Notes: generated by a model from the sequence alone, not told the origin. Positions 10,462 to 20,240 are shown, counted from the first letter of the stretch. The stretch: 64,000 nt of DNA from Candidatus Omnitrophota bacterium (GCA_043812955.1 JBDRLN010000066.1:64885-128884); one strand, 5' to 3'. Translations and numbers: made by a program.

Positions 10462-10660
10462 TTTAAGCGGCGATCTTTTTATCGCCGCGGCCTTTGTCCT
10501 TGTACCGGTAGGGATCTTTATGAAGCTTTTAGGGATTGATGTTTTATTTTGGGTGATTACCCCGTCCGCGATAATTAAATTAGCGGGTTTGAGCCTACTG
10601 TTTAGTATTACTTTGAATTTGCATGATTTAGTTGTTTTTGAAATTTGGAGCAAAAAATAA
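10445..10660 (+). CDS. Small two-TM membrane protein
   Basis: ATG 10445 after GGAGGAGAGG; two hydrophobic helices. Confidence 0.65.
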   Translation: MKKTYNLSGDLFIAAAFVLVPVGIFMKLLGIDVLFWVITPSAIIKLAGLSLLFSITLNLHDLVVFEIWSKK

Positions 10661-10874
10661 AGAACTGGATTGCGCTTTTTAAGACCATCCAGATTTACCG
10701 GCGATGTCTAAGTTTGGGCAATCAGAAGGTTTCTCTTTGGGTACGACCAAAAAAATCAAATTTCCCGAAGGAATATAATTGTTTTTAAGTTAGCTATAGA
10801 AAATGTTTGCTACAAAACCGGGAAAGTTTCCCTGACCCGGTTTCGACTTGACTTTTTTTATGTGAAAGGCGATT

Positions 10875-11249
10875 ATGGGCATTGAAGAAAGAAGAGAACA
10901 TAAACGGGTATACATAAGGTTTAAGGTTGAATGCCGGGGAAAAAAATATTGGCAATATGTAGACGCGATGAATATTTCCGCCGGGGGTATGTTTATATTC
11001 ACCGAAAAGCTGGAACCGTTGGAAACGAAATTAGAGGTTATGTTTGAATTCGGCGACGGGATCGGCAAACTGATCAAGGCGGATGCGGTTGTCGCTTGGG
11101 TCAGGGAGAAAACGATAGAAGATATTAATGGTGATATAATCAAGCCGGCGGGTATGGGGCTGAAGTTTACCAAAGTCAGTCCTTTAACGGCAAAAGAATA
11201 TATTAATCAAGTGGTAGCAGCATCTAATAAGGAGAGTGGTGGTGGATAA
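10875..11249 (+). CDS. Stand-alone PilZ domain protein
   Basis: RREHKR (RxxxR) and NISAGG (D/NxSxxG) motifs, VAWVR and GMGLKF. Confidence 0.9.
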   Translation: MGIEERREHKRVYIRFKVECRGKKYWQYVDAMNISAGGMFIFTEKLEPLETKLEVMFEFGDGIGKLIKADAVVAWVREKTIEDINGDIIKPAGMGLKFTKVSPLTAKEYINQVVAASNKESGGG

Positions 11250-11823
11250 GCATACGATCCTGCTTGTTGATGATGAAAAGAATATTTTAAATAGTATCTC
11301 CAGGTTATTGCAGGATGATAGCCGGGAGATAATCACGGCGGAGAATTCGCGGGAGGCCCTGGAGAAATTAAAAAGTATAGGCGGGGTGGACCTGGTTATC
11401 TCTGATAACCGGCTCCCAGATTTCTCGGGAATTGATTTTTTGATCAAGGTAAGACAGCTCTATCCGAATACGATCCGGGTACTTATTACCGGATATCCCG
11501 ACGTGGAATCAGTCATCCATGCCATCAATAAGGGCCAGGTCTACCGGTTTATTACCAAGCCCTGGGATAATGAAGAGATCAAGGTAATTGTAAAACAGGC
11601 CCTGGATTTTTATGACGTATTAAAGGATAACCGTTCGCTTCTTAAGATCGCCCGCCAGCAGGCAGATCTGTTAAAGAGCGTCAAACAGAAATATCCTGAT
11701 ATCTCCCAGGCTGAATTTGATAAGAGCAGCCTGTATATAATAGATGAAAAAGTGATCTCTGCGAACCTCTCGGGGTTTATGCAGAAATATTACAGTCAGG
11801 ATAATACAGAGGCCAAGGATTAA
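11236..11823 (+). CDS. Response regulator (REC plus short C-terminal tail)
   Basis: LLVDDE, VISD phospho-site, ITGY, FITKPW. Confidence 0.9.
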   Translation: MVVDKHTILLVDDEKNILNSISRLLQDDSREIITAENSREALEKLKSIGGVDLVISDNRLPDFSGIDFLIKVRQLYPNTIRVLITGYPDVESVIHAINKGQVYRFITKPWDNEEIKVIVKQALDFYDVLKDNRSLLKIARQQADLLKSVKQKYPDISQAEFDKSSLYIIDEKVISANLSGFMQKYYSQDNTEAKD

Positions 11824-11824
11824 T

Positions 11825-12661
11825 ATGGAAGGACTGGAATCAAAACTTATTAATTGTGGGTTGATTACTACCCAACAGGCGCTGCAGGCTGAAAAAGAGG
11901 CGCTGGACTGTAGGAAGTCCTTAAGCGCTGCTCTGGTAAAATTAGGGTTCGTAACGGAAGAAGGGATGGCTATATTTTTTGCCGACGAATGTTCGATACC
12001 GTATGTCCGGGTTTCAGATTATGTTATTTCTAGGGAAGTACTTAAAATACTGGATGAGAGTTTCTGCCGGCAGTATATGGTTATTCCGGTATTTAAGATA
12101 GGAAAAAGTTTATTTGTAGCCATGAATAACCCGTTGGATACCGCTCTAACGGATAACCTGTTTAAAATAACCAGCCTGGATATCGAGCCTTTGATTGCCT
12201 CCGGGACAGAGATATTAAGAAATATAAACTTGTATTATGGGCCGCAGGAGAAGAATTTCGAGGTTGAGAAATTCATAATTAATCAAAATACCATTAAGTG
12301 TGTGCCTTTTCATCGGGAATCGGAGAGGCTGAATTTAAAAATCCCGGTCAGTTTAACCATAGATGATAAAAATCTTGCTTTGCGCGGACTTTCTTCGGTA
12401 GATGGGTTTACCCAGAATATATCCAATGGAGGGACGGCTATAGGCCTGGAGGTATTTTTTTTTCTTCCTAAGGGGGTTAATTTAATCCTAGAGTTTAAGC
12501 TCTTTCAAGACCTAAAATCTACGGAAGAAATAATCAAAGCCAAGGGCCAGGTGGTCCATTACTCTATGGGTAAAAATAAGAAATTTTTACTTGGGGTACA
12601 ACTTGCTGACCTAGATAGGTCAGATCGGAATAAGCTTTTAAAACTTGCCAGCCAAAGATAA
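11825..12661 (+). CDS. MshEN/GspE-N domain fused to PilZ, no ATPase domain
   Basis: LINCGLITTQQ...LVKLGFVTEE, VAMNNPLD; C-terminal RESER and NISNGG. Confidence 0.8.
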   Translation: MEGLESKLINCGLITTQQALQAEKEALDCRKSLSAALVKLGFVTEEGMAIFFADECSIPYVRVSDYVISREVLKILDESFCRQYMVIPVFKIGKSLFVAMNNPLDTALTDNLFKITSLDIEPLIASGTEILRNINLYYGPQEKNFEVEKFIINQNTIKCVPFHRESERLNLKIPVSLTIDDKNLALRGLSSVDGFTQNISNGGTAIGLEVFFFLPKGVNLILEFKLFQDLKSTEEIIKAKGQVVHYSMGKNKKFLLGVQLADLDRSDRNKLLKLASQR

Positions 12662-13031
12662 TCTTTCTTTGAAAATACCTAAAATCATATTATTCAATAT
12701 TGTAGTTATTGCCTGTCAGTTTATCGCTCCCGGGTTAAATTACGCCCAGACCAGCGAGATAGTTAGGGAATTGGCCCTGGAGAGGGCCAAAGAAAAAAAA
12801 CCTACCCTCGAGACAGTTAAGAAGGATCAAGTAAAAAAACCAGAAAAGCTAAAATTAGCCAAACCTTTGATAAAGACTAAGCAGCCCAAAGTTGAAGAGA
12901 TTAAGCCAGTCAGCCGTAAATCCAATATGGGCCTGGAAGAGCCCAGGATGGCCCAGGAATCCAACGCTCTGGATAAAGAGCTGAAGGATTGGTTGGGTAA
13001 GCTTAAAACCATAGAATCTGTTCTTCCATAA
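12645..13031 (+). CDS. Hypothetical secreted Lys-rich protein (start uncertain)
   Basis: Signal-like segment ending NYA, charged body; fills the operon before the pilin. Confidence 0.5.
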   Translation: MPAKDNLSLKIPKIILFNIVVIACQFIAPGLNYAQTSEIVRELALERAKEKKPTLETVKKDQVKKPEKLKLAKPLIKTKQPKVEEIKPVSRKSNMGLEEPRMAQESNALDKELKDWLGKLKTIESVLP

Positions 13032-13058
13032 GGTCATCCCCCCCCAATGATTTCTAAC

Positions 13059-13178
13059 TTGAAAAGCCGTACATATATGTTATACTTAAATCAGCAGAGT
13101 ATTTTATTAGTTTAAGCCTTTTCGAAGGGGGGGATGCGGATAAAAAAGGCTTGACAAAAATACTTATTATGCTAAAAT
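13059..13178 (+). promoter_or_regulatory. Two tandem sigma70-type promoters for the pilin
   Basis: TTGAAA-16-TATACT (13059-13086) and TTGACA-16-TAAAAT (13151-13178), both with TGn extended -10. Confidence 0.65.
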
Positions 13179-13201
13179 CATTTTCTAAGGAGGTGACTGA
13201 T

Positions 13202-13549
13202 ATGAAAAGACATGGTTTTACGTTAATCGAACTAGTTATGGTTATTGTCATCATAGGTATATTAGCGGCAATTGCTATACCCAGGTTTGTCAGCTTAAGG
13301 GAAGATGCTCTGAGGGCAGCTTGTGAGGCTAATGCTGGAGCGTTAAGGGCGGCTATTTCTAATTTTTACGCCAACGCTACACTGCATAATGTTAATGAAA
13401 CCGACGCTTGGCCGGCGGATATTAGCAACGCAACGTTTATAAGTGCTTACATGCAATCTGCACCAGCAGCCCCAGTTAATGGCACTTGGGCGGCAGCTTA
13501 TTCTAATACTACAGGTATATTAAACATGACTCAAGCTTGCGGAAGTTAG
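13202..13549 (+). CDS. Major type IV pilin (MshA/PilA-like)
   Basis: MKRHG/FTLIELVMVIVIIGILAAIAIPRF class III signal; AAGGAGGTG RBS; own promoters and terminator. Confidence 0.92.
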   Translation: MKRHGFTLIELVMVIVIIGILAAIAIPRFVSLREDALRAACEANAGALRAAISNFYANATLHNVNETDAWPADISNATFISAYMQSAPAAPVNGTWAAAYSNTTGILNMTQACGS

Positions 13550-13569
13550 GATAAGAGTAAATAACTAAT

Positions 13570-13604
13570 AAAAAGGAGAGGTTTAAAAACCTCTCCTTTT
13601 TTTT
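13570..13604 (+). terminator. Rho-independent terminator, likely bidirectional
   Basis: aaaaaggagaggttt-aa-aaacctctcc followed by T8. Confidence 0.9.
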
Positions 13605-13612
13605 ACCAATGC

Positions 13613-13678
13613 AAAATGGGGTCAGAATTATTTTTTCCTTAATCTGCAGGCTCGAAAAAATAATTCTGACCCCATTTT
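13613..13678. repeat. 25-bp perfect inverted repeat (REP-like, GGGGTCAG type)
   Basis: aaaatggggtcagaattattttttc-N16-gaaaaaataattctgaccccatttt. Confidence 0.9.
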
Positions 13679-13680
13679 AG

Positions 13681-14619
13681 TTAATAAAAGGGATAACTTT
13701 TCCTTCTTTCTTTGATGTAGGCGCTCTTTTCTAAATCGGCTTTGGCAAAATCTTTTATCTCGGATACGATCTGGATCGTCTGGGCAGGCGAGGTAAATTG
13801 GTAGGATTCATTAGTGGTTATTCCGATATGAATCTTAAGGATAGGTTTTTTTTCAAAATCACCCTTACGGTTTTTAAGCAGCACTCCATCCCTCTCCCGG
13901 TCCTCTCCATCATAAAAAGAAGCAATGCCTGCGTCAAAGTCATGGATTATTTTATCAGCAATTGAGTCAATGCTATCTGCCAGGCTTAAAAATATATAGT
14001 CGTCGTCTTGGGGATGAGAAAGAAAGTCTGATGGGGATCCGCGTTCTTTAAGCGCCCTCAAGATTATTGATCCGGCATACCGGATCACATCATCCCCGCG
14101 TTTAAATCCATAGCGCTGGTTAAAATCCCTTAATTTATCCATGTCCGCGTAATAAATAGCAAAGGGGTTCTTGCCGGCTATTCTTTTTTCTAATTCTTTA
14201 TATAGGCTGGATTGTCCGGGAAGTTTAGTTAAGGGATGGATGTCCTGCTGCCTGGCTATCCGGTATAAATTAAGTTTAACCTTTAATAATAGTTCATTTT
14301 CGACAGAGTTGCGGGAAATATAATCATCCGCTCCGGCATAGGTGATCCGGGCCTTATTTAAAAGATCGGAGTCAGAAAGGATGAATAATACCGGTATATA
14401 GCGGAAGAGAAAATTTTTCTTCAGGGCATTGCAGATCTCCAGGCCGTTTATATTCAAGGATTGGAATTCTGAAATGATCAGGTCGGGAAGTTCTTTTTCC
14501 AGGCCGGCGAGGGCAGCATCCTGGTCAGGGTAGACCTTGACCTCATAGTCTTCTCCTAAAAGCAGAAGGACAATCAGGTTTTGTAATGCAGGCTCGTTTG
14601 CTATTAGGCTTATTTTCAT
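13681..14619 (-). CDS. REC plus degenerate GGDEF protein
   Basis: HPLTKLPG, YADMDKLRDFNQRYGF; active site reads SHPQDDDY; phospho-Asp position is Glu (LIISE). Confidence 0.85.
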   Translation of the reverse strand: MKISLIANEPALQNLIVLLLLGEDYEVKVYPDQDAALAGLEKELPDLIISEFQSLNINGLEICNALKKNFLFRYIPVLFILSDSDLLNKARITYAGADDYISRNSVENELLLKVKLNLYRIARQQDIHPLTKLPGQSSLYKELEKRIAGKNPFAIYYADMDKLRDFNQRYGFKRGDDVIRYAGSIILRALKERGSPSDFLSHPQDDDYIFLSLADSIDSIADKIIHDFDAGIASFYDGEDRERDGVLLKNRKGDFEKKPILKIHIGITTNESYQFTSPAQTIQIVSEIKDFAKADLEKSAYIKERRKSYPFY

Positions 14620-14741
14620 TTATTTTAATATTTGTTATATTGTAGCATATTCTTAAGAAACTAACAGTTTTTTTATTAATTTTTTTTATCAAGAGCGAGG
14701 ATTTAGTTATTTCCCAAATTTGTAGCAAAAGGCAAAGATCT

Positions 14742-14935
14742 TGATTGCGCAGATTTTTCCCGCCAAGCAAATATAACATCTGGCGGGATCCCGCTAGCTA
14801 TTTTAATTAACCTGGCGGGAAAGAGGATTACACAGATTCAAGGATGAGTTTTCAATCAATGAAATCTGTATTTTCCCGCAACGCGGGATCCCGGTAGATT
14901 TTTTTTATTTTGGTACGGGATAATCGGTGCAATCA
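14742..14935. repeat. Compound inverted repeat containing two twin-hairpin elements (14758-14820, 14874-14920)
   Basis: Outer arms tgattgcgcagatt/aatcggtgcaatca, inner arms acagattca/tgaaatctgt, and two TCCCG-loop-CGGGATCCCG-loop-CGGGA units. Confidence 0.8.
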
Positions 14936-14988
14936 GAGGTTAGCGGTGTGGTTTTTAAAAATTTTTCAGGCAACCTCGGTGATTTCTC

Positions 14989-15016
14989 TTGACATAATTC
15001 TTAAGTAATTTATAAT
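14989..15016 (+). promoter_or_regulatory. sigma70-type promoter of the che operon
   Basis: TTGACA-16-TATAAT. Confidence 0.75.
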
Positions 15017-15038
15017 TCTAATATAAGGAGTATGAAAA

Positions 15039-15422
15039 ATGGCGAGAGTTATGATAGTAGATGACGCGCTTTTTATGCGTAAAATGCTGACTAAGACCTT
15101 GACCGAAGCCGGCCATGAAGTCTTGGCTGAGGCAGGCAATGCCAAAGAAGCCGTAGAGAAATATAAAAAGTTCAAACCGGACCTGGTAACTATGGACATT
15201 GTAATGCCATTGATGGAAGAGATGGATGGCATTGGCGCGGTAAAAGAGATCATTAGGATTGACCCCAAGGCCAAAATCCTGGTTTGTTCGGTAATGGGCC
15301 AGCAGTCGCTGGTAGTGGAAGCTATTCGTTCCGGCGCCAAGGATTTTGTGATTAAGCCTATCAAGCCTGAGAGGCTGATCGAGGCGGTGAATAAGGCGCT
15401 GATGTCCCAAGATAAAAAATAA
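15039..15422 (+). CDS. cheY: Chemotaxis response regulator CheY (copy 1)
   Basis: IVDDALFMR, PDLVTMDIVMP, AKDFVIKP. Confidence 0.92.
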   Translation: MARVMIVDDALFMRKMLTKTLTEAGHEVLAEAGNAKEAVEKYKKFKPDLVTMDIVMPLMEEMDGIGAVKEIIRIDPKAKILVCSVMGQQSLVVEAIRSGAKDFVIKPIKPERLIEAVNKALMSQDKK

Positions 15423-15425
15423 ATA

Positions 15426-16034
15426 ATGGCTGATATTGTTTTCAGTGATTCCCAGAAGGACGCCTTGCAGGAGATTGGCAATATCTGCGCCGGTAATGCC
15501 GCTACCGCCCTTTCCCAATTACTCAATAAAAAAATAAATATAGTTGTCCCTCGTATCCTCCTGGTCCGCCTGGAAGATGTCCCTATGGTGGTTGGAGGGC
15601 CGGATACGTTAGTAGCCGGGCTGATACTTAAGGTTTTAGGGGACCTGCCCAGCCATATCCTTTTTATTTTTTCCCAAAGAGACGCACTTATCCTGGCTTC
15701 GTTGTTGACTGGTAAAAAAGTTACTGAGTCCGGTATACTAGGGAGATTAGAGACATCTGCCCTTAAGGAGATCGGGGTTATCTTAGCCAGCTCTTATTTA
15801 GGCGCCTTAGGCAATTTTTTGGGGATGGGGTTAGTTCCGGCGGTCCCGGAATTAATTGTGGATATGGCCGGTTCAATGATAGACTATATTTTGATCGAAT
15901 TAAGTTGTAATTCGGAATTTGCCTTACTGATTGAATCGGAATTCAAGGAGCCTCAAGCTTCGATAACCGGACATTTTTTTCTCATTCCTAATGTCAGCGC
16001 CTTAGACGCCATACTTAAAGCCATAAATAAATAA
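15426..16034 (+). CDS. cheC: CheY-P phosphatase CheC (copy 1)
   Basis: DALQEIGNICAGNAATALSQLL, VPELIVDMAG. Confidence 0.9.
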   Translation: MADIVFSDSQKDALQEIGNICAGNAATALSQLLNKKINIVVPRILLVRLEDVPMVVGGPDTLVAGLILKVLGDLPSHILFIFSQRDALILASLLTGKKVTESGILGRLETSALKEIGVILASSYLGALGNFLGMGLVPAVPELIVDMAGSMIDYILIELSCNSEFALLIESEFKEPQASITGHFFLIPNVSALDAILKAINK

Positions 16035-17974
16035 TGATTCAAGACAGTTACCGTGAATTATTTTTCTCCGAATCCCAAGAGTATCTAAACAGTATTAATA
16101 AATGTTTATTGCGGGTTGAAACTAATCCCGGGGATTTTGAGGCTATAAATGAGATATTCCGCTGTATGCATACCTTAAAAGGTATGTCTGCCACTATGGG
16201 ATATGATAAGCTCACCCAGCTTTCCCATCATACCGAGGATCTTTTGGATGAATTGCGCTCTAAGAAAAAACAGGTCAGCGCGGAGATCATTGATGTGCTC
16301 TTTAGTTGTGTAGATATTCTAGAAAAATTAATAGACGCGGCAAAAGCCAAGAAAGAGCCTGGAGTGGATATTTACGGGTATATTGATAAAATAAAAAAAA
16401 TCATAATTAGGGAAGGGCAATCTTCACCTCTGGAGCCTAGGACTCAAGGCCTAGAGTTTAGCCCGGAGGAAAACTCGAGGCTAAGGGAATTAAAGGCCAG
16501 CGGTTTAAATATATTTAAAATAAAGATTACCCTGATTAAAGATTGCACTATGAAAGAGGCCCGGGCCTTCCTTTTGCTGACCAGCCTTAAAAAAATAGGC
16601 GAATTAATTAAGTCCATTCCTTCGGTCGAGGCCTTGAAGGAGGGTAATTTTGATTTATCTTTTACCTTTATTTTAGCTCTCCAGAAAGATGACAAGGCAG
16701 TCCACCAGAAATTATTGGGCGTAGCTGAGGTAGATGAAGTATCTATTGAGCCTGTAGTGATAGAAGACAATGCCTCCGGAGATATTCAGCCGCAGGCAGC
16801 GACAACTTATACCAAGAAGATCCAGAGCATGCGTATTAGCGTTGATAGATTGGATAAGATTATGAATCTGATGGGGGAATTAGCCATTGCCAAGATCCAG
16901 CTGATCCAGATTGTCCAGTCTTTTAAAATCAAGGAATTGGAGGAAGTTAGTTTTACCCTGGAACATCTAACTTCTACGCTTCAGGATGAAATAATCCAGA
17001 CCAGGCTTCTGCCGTTAGCCTATATCCTGGATACTTTTCCCAGGTTGGCCAGGGATTTGGCCAAGAAACAGGGTAAGAATATTGATCTGGAGATTATCGG
17101 CAGTGAAATAGAATTGGACCGGGTGGTTTTGGATGAGATAGGCGATCCGTTAGTCCATCTTATCCGCAACGCCATTGACCACGGTATTGAAGATCCCGAA
17201 GAGAGAAAAAAAACCGGTAAACCTGAGCAGGGGAAGATTCTTATTAAGGTAAGCCGCCAGAAAGGGCAGATATTTATTGAAGTTATTGATGACGGCAGAG
17301 GGGTTAATTTTAATGAAGTAAAACGCCTAGCCATAAAAAAAGGGATTATCAGTGAAAAAGACGCCGGTGATTTAGATGAAAAAAGGGTTTTGGATCTGAT
17401 CGCTCTGCCGGGTTTTTCTACTGCCGGGAAAATTACGGATATTTCCGGCCGGGGTGTCGGGCTGGATGTGGTTAAAGCCAAGATGGAGGTTTTAGGCGGG
17501 AGGGTGGATTTTGAAACTAAACAGGGTTCAGGAAGCCGTTTTATCTTAATTATTCCTTTAACCCTGGCTATAATTAAGGCTATGCTGGTCCGGGTCAGGA
17601 ACGAGATATTCGCCGTTCCTTTGATGAGTATAAGAGAGACTATCAAGATTGAAGAGAAAGAAATCAAAGTTTTACAGAGTTTTGAAGTAACCCGGGTCAG
17701 GGATGAGATCATCCCGATAATCCGCCTGGAGAAGAGCATGGGCTTAGAAGGCCTGGTAGCGGATAAAAAAGAGATCGAAAGGCGTAAATCAGTAGTAATT
17801 ATTGAGCATGGTAAAAAAGTTTTAGGCTTAGTGGTAAGCCAGGTAATAGGTGAACAGGACATAGTGGTCAAGCCTTTAGGCTCTATTATTAAGAAGACTA
17901 AGGGTATTGCCGGAGCAACTGTGTTAGGGGATGGCCGGGTTGCTTTAATCCTGGATACTATGAGTTTAGTATAA
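16034..17974 (+). CDS. cheA: Chemotaxis kinase CheA
   Basis: Hpt HTLKG, P2 domain, HLIRNAIDHGIE, SGRGVGLDVV, C-terminal CheW domain. Confidence 0.97.
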   Translation: MIQDSYRELFFSESQEYLNSINKCLLRVETNPGDFEAINEIFRCMHTLKGMSATMGYDKLTQLSHHTEDLLDELRSKKKQVSAEIIDVLFSCVDILEKLIDAAKAKKEPGVDIYGYIDKIKKIIIREGQSSPLEPRTQGLEFSPEENSRLRELKASGLNIFKIKITLIKDCTMKEARAFLLLTSLKKIGELIKSIPSVEALKEGNFDLSFTFILALQKDDKAVHQKLLGVAEVDEVSIEPVVIEDNASGDIQPQAATTYTKKIQSMRISVDRLDKIMNLMGELAIAKIQLIQIVQSFKIKELEEVSFTLEHLTSTLQDEIIQTRLLPLAYILDTFPRLARDLAKKQGKNIDLEIIGSEIELDRVVLDEIGDPLVHLIRNAIDHGIEDPEERKKTGKPEQGKILIKVSRQKGQIFIEVIDDGRGVNFNEVKRLAIKKGIISEKDAGDLDEKRVLDLIALPGFSTAGKITDISGRGVGLDVVKAKMEVLGGRVDFETKQGSGSRFILIIPLTLAIIKAMLVRVRNEIFAVPLMSIRETIKIEEKEIKVLQSFEVTRVRDEIIPIIRLEKSMGLEGLVADKKEIERRKSVVIIEHGKKVLGLVVSQVIGEQDIVVKPLGSIIKKTKGIAGATVLGDGRVALILDTMSLV

Positions 17975-17982
17975 TATAAAAT

Positions 17983-20121
17983 ATGAAAGAGATATTCGCT
18001 TTAGATATCGGCACGCGCAAGGTTATGGGCATTATTGCCCGTAAAAACGAAGACATGATAGAGGTATTGGATGTTGAGGTTATAGAGCATTCTGCTCGGC
18101 CGATGTTTGACGGGCAGATCCATAGTATTGATGAAGTAGCCAAGATTGTCAAGTTGATCCGGGAGAGGCTGGAGTTGCGCCTAAATAAAAAATTAACTCA
18201 GGTGGGGATTGCGGTTGCCGGAAGAAATCTAGTGACTTACAAAAGCAGGGTCGGTAAGGCTTTCGATTCTAAGCAGGAGATAACCCAAGACCTGGTAAGG
18301 GAGCTGGAGCTTGAGGCGGTGGATAATATCGTATCTGATTCGGGTAAAGATCTCTCGGAGTTCTATTGTGTAGGCTATAGCCCGGTTTATTATGAATTAG
18401 ATTCAAACCGAATCTCCAATCTTATCGGCCATATTGCCTTGTCAATAGCGGCTGAGGTAATAGTTACATTCCTGCCGCGGTTGGTATTAGACAGCATGTT
18501 CTCGGTTTTAAAGAAAGTCGGCCTTGAGGCGACCAATATAACTTTAGAGCCTATCTCGGCTATTAACGTGATAATCCCCGCGGAGATGCGTAATCTAAAT
18601 ATAGTCTTGGTAGATATCGGCGCGGGCACTTCGGATCTGGCCTTGACTAAAGCCGGGGTTATATTCGCTTACGGCATGGTCCCAGAAGCCGGAGATGAAG
18701 TAACTGAGAGGATCTCGGAAGTCCTCCTGGTGGATTTTGCCACAGCCGAAAAAATAAAGAGGTCATTAAATACTTTAAATGAAATTGAATATGAGGATAT
18801 TTGGGGCAGGCTGCGCCACACCCACTCCGTAAGTTTAAAACAGTTTTTAATGCCATCAGTAAAAAGATTGGCTGAATTGATCGCCAAGGCCGGCCTGGAA
18901 TTAAATGGGGGTATCCCCCAGGCAGTAGTAGCGGTAGGCGGAGGCAGCCTTACTTTTAATTTAATGGAAGAACTGGCTTCGAGCTTTGGCCTGCCCTTAG
19001 ATAAAGTAGGCATCCGTCTTCCTCAGGCGATAAAGAATATCCAGGATGCCCATAAGAAATTAACCGGCCCGGAAGCGGTTACGCCCATCGGTATTGCCCA
19101 GATGACCGCTAATATCCAGGGGTTGCGTTTTATTGAAGTTGAAGTTAATGGTAAAAAGAACAAGATACTGGATTTTTATCAAAAAAAGGACGTCATGGGG
19201 GCGATTGCTATTTCCGGAGTGCTTAATAATAAAAAGTTGTATGCCCGGCCAGGGATGGCCTTGACCGTTAAGGTTAACGGCGAATTAAAAATTATTAAAG
19301 GAACAATGGGCGAACCAGCCAGAATATTTTTAAATAGCAGGTTGGTTGCTTCTTTATCCGAAAAGATAAACGACGCCGACAAGATTGAATTTCAGGGGGC
19401 TGTGGATGGCCTTGATGGCACAGCAATGATCAGGGACCTGGTGCAGATAGAACCCCTTGCCGTTATCTTTAACCAGGAGATCCTACATATTGTTGCCCCT
19501 ATAATTATGGACGGCGTTGAGGTAAGCTTAGGCGTTGCGGTCTATGACCGGGCGGAAGTTTTCCACTCAATATTAAAGGTAAAGGATATTTTAAAATTTA
19601 AGGATATAAAATTAGAGGATTTATCCCAGAGGCAGGTCCTGGTAAATATCAACGGGACGCCGAAGATCTTAACCCAGAGGAATTTTACCCTCCTAGTAAA
19701 TAATAATATTGCGGATTTAGATACTGAAGTTAAAGAAAATGATACGCTGGAGTTTATCTACCAAACACCTACTTTCTATAGGATAAAAGATATAATCGAC
19801 TTGCCCGAAGGGCCTAAAAAATTAAATATCAATGTTGATGGTAAAGACTTGGAGATAGCTGTAGAGCCGGTGCAGGTCTTTATGAACGGCCACCAGGTCA
19901 GTCCTGAGGAGTTTGTAATCGATGGGGCTGACATCCGGGTCTACTCTTTAAGGGAGCGCCAGATTTTACTTTCTGAGATATTCCGCTATATTGACTTTGA
20001 CCCCCAGAGGGCGGTAGGCAAAAGGATGAAAATATTAGTTAATGACCAGCCTGCAGGGTTTACCACTCTTTTAAAAGAGGGCTCAAGGGTGAATATTATT
20101 TTGGAAGATAGGGAGGAATAA
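17983..20121 (+). CDS. FtsA/PilM-like actin-fold ATPase with C-terminal ubiquitin-like (ThiS/MoaD-like) repeats
   Basis: ALDIGT, LEPISA, VDIGAGTSD, VGGGS; repeated VN-x(8-10)-(K/N)(D/E)(G/N)D/S segments in the last ~330 aa. Confidence 0.8.
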   Translation: MKEIFALDIGTRKVMGIIARKNEDMIEVLDVEVIEHSARPMFDGQIHSIDEVAKIVKLIRERLELRLNKKLTQVGIAVAGRNLVTYKSRVGKAFDSKQEITQDLVRELELEAVDNIVSDSGKDLSEFYCVGYSPVYYELDSNRISNLIGHIALSIAAEVIVTFLPRLVLDSMFSVLKKVGLEATNITLEPISAINVIIPAEMRNLNIVLVDIGAGTSDLALTKAGVIFAYGMVPEAGDEVTERISEVLLVDFATAEKIKRSLNTLNEIEYEDIWGRLRHTHSVSLKQFLMPSVKRLAELIAKAGLELNGGIPQAVVAVGGGSLTFNLMEELASSFGLPLDKVGIRLPQAIKNIQDAHKKLTGPEAVTPIGIAQMTANIQGLRFIEVEVNGKKNKILDFYQKKDVMGAIAISGVLNNKKLYARPGMALTVKVNGELKIIKGTMGEPARIFLNSRLVASLSEKINDADKIEFQGAVDGLDGTAMIRDLVQIEPLAVIFNQEILHIVAPIIMDGVEVSLGVAVYDRAEVFHSILKVKDILKFKDIKLEDLSQRQVLVNINGTPKILTQRNFTLLVNNNIADLDTEVKENDTLEFIYQTPTFYRIKDIIDLPEGPKKLNINVDGKDLEIAVEPVQVFMNGHQVSPEEFVIDGADIRVYSLRERQILLSEIFRYIDFDPQRAVGKRMKILVNDQPAGFTTLLKEGSRVNIILEDREE

Positions 20122-20128
20122 AATATAC

Positions 20129-20235
20129 TCATACTCCGCTACGTAAGCGCTGCCGAAATTATCTGCGATAATTTTGGCGCACTTCGCGGAGTCTCACTAA
20201 ATGCGCCTATGGCGCTAAATTGTGTTCGAGGAGGT
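20129..20235 (+). repeat. Bipartite motif copy 1: TCATA-hairpin-TCTCACTAAATGC-hairpin-AAATTGTGTTCGA-GGAGGT
   Basis: Conserved blocks shared with 23956-24046. Confidence 0.75.
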
Positions 20236-20240
20236 TAGAG

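Noticed and set aside
10645-10788. 47-codon TTG ORF
   Set aside because: No RBS and no recognisable features.
10661-15038. c-di-GMP riboswitch near the pilus or che promoters
   Set aside because: No GEMM consensus recognisable by eye on either strand.
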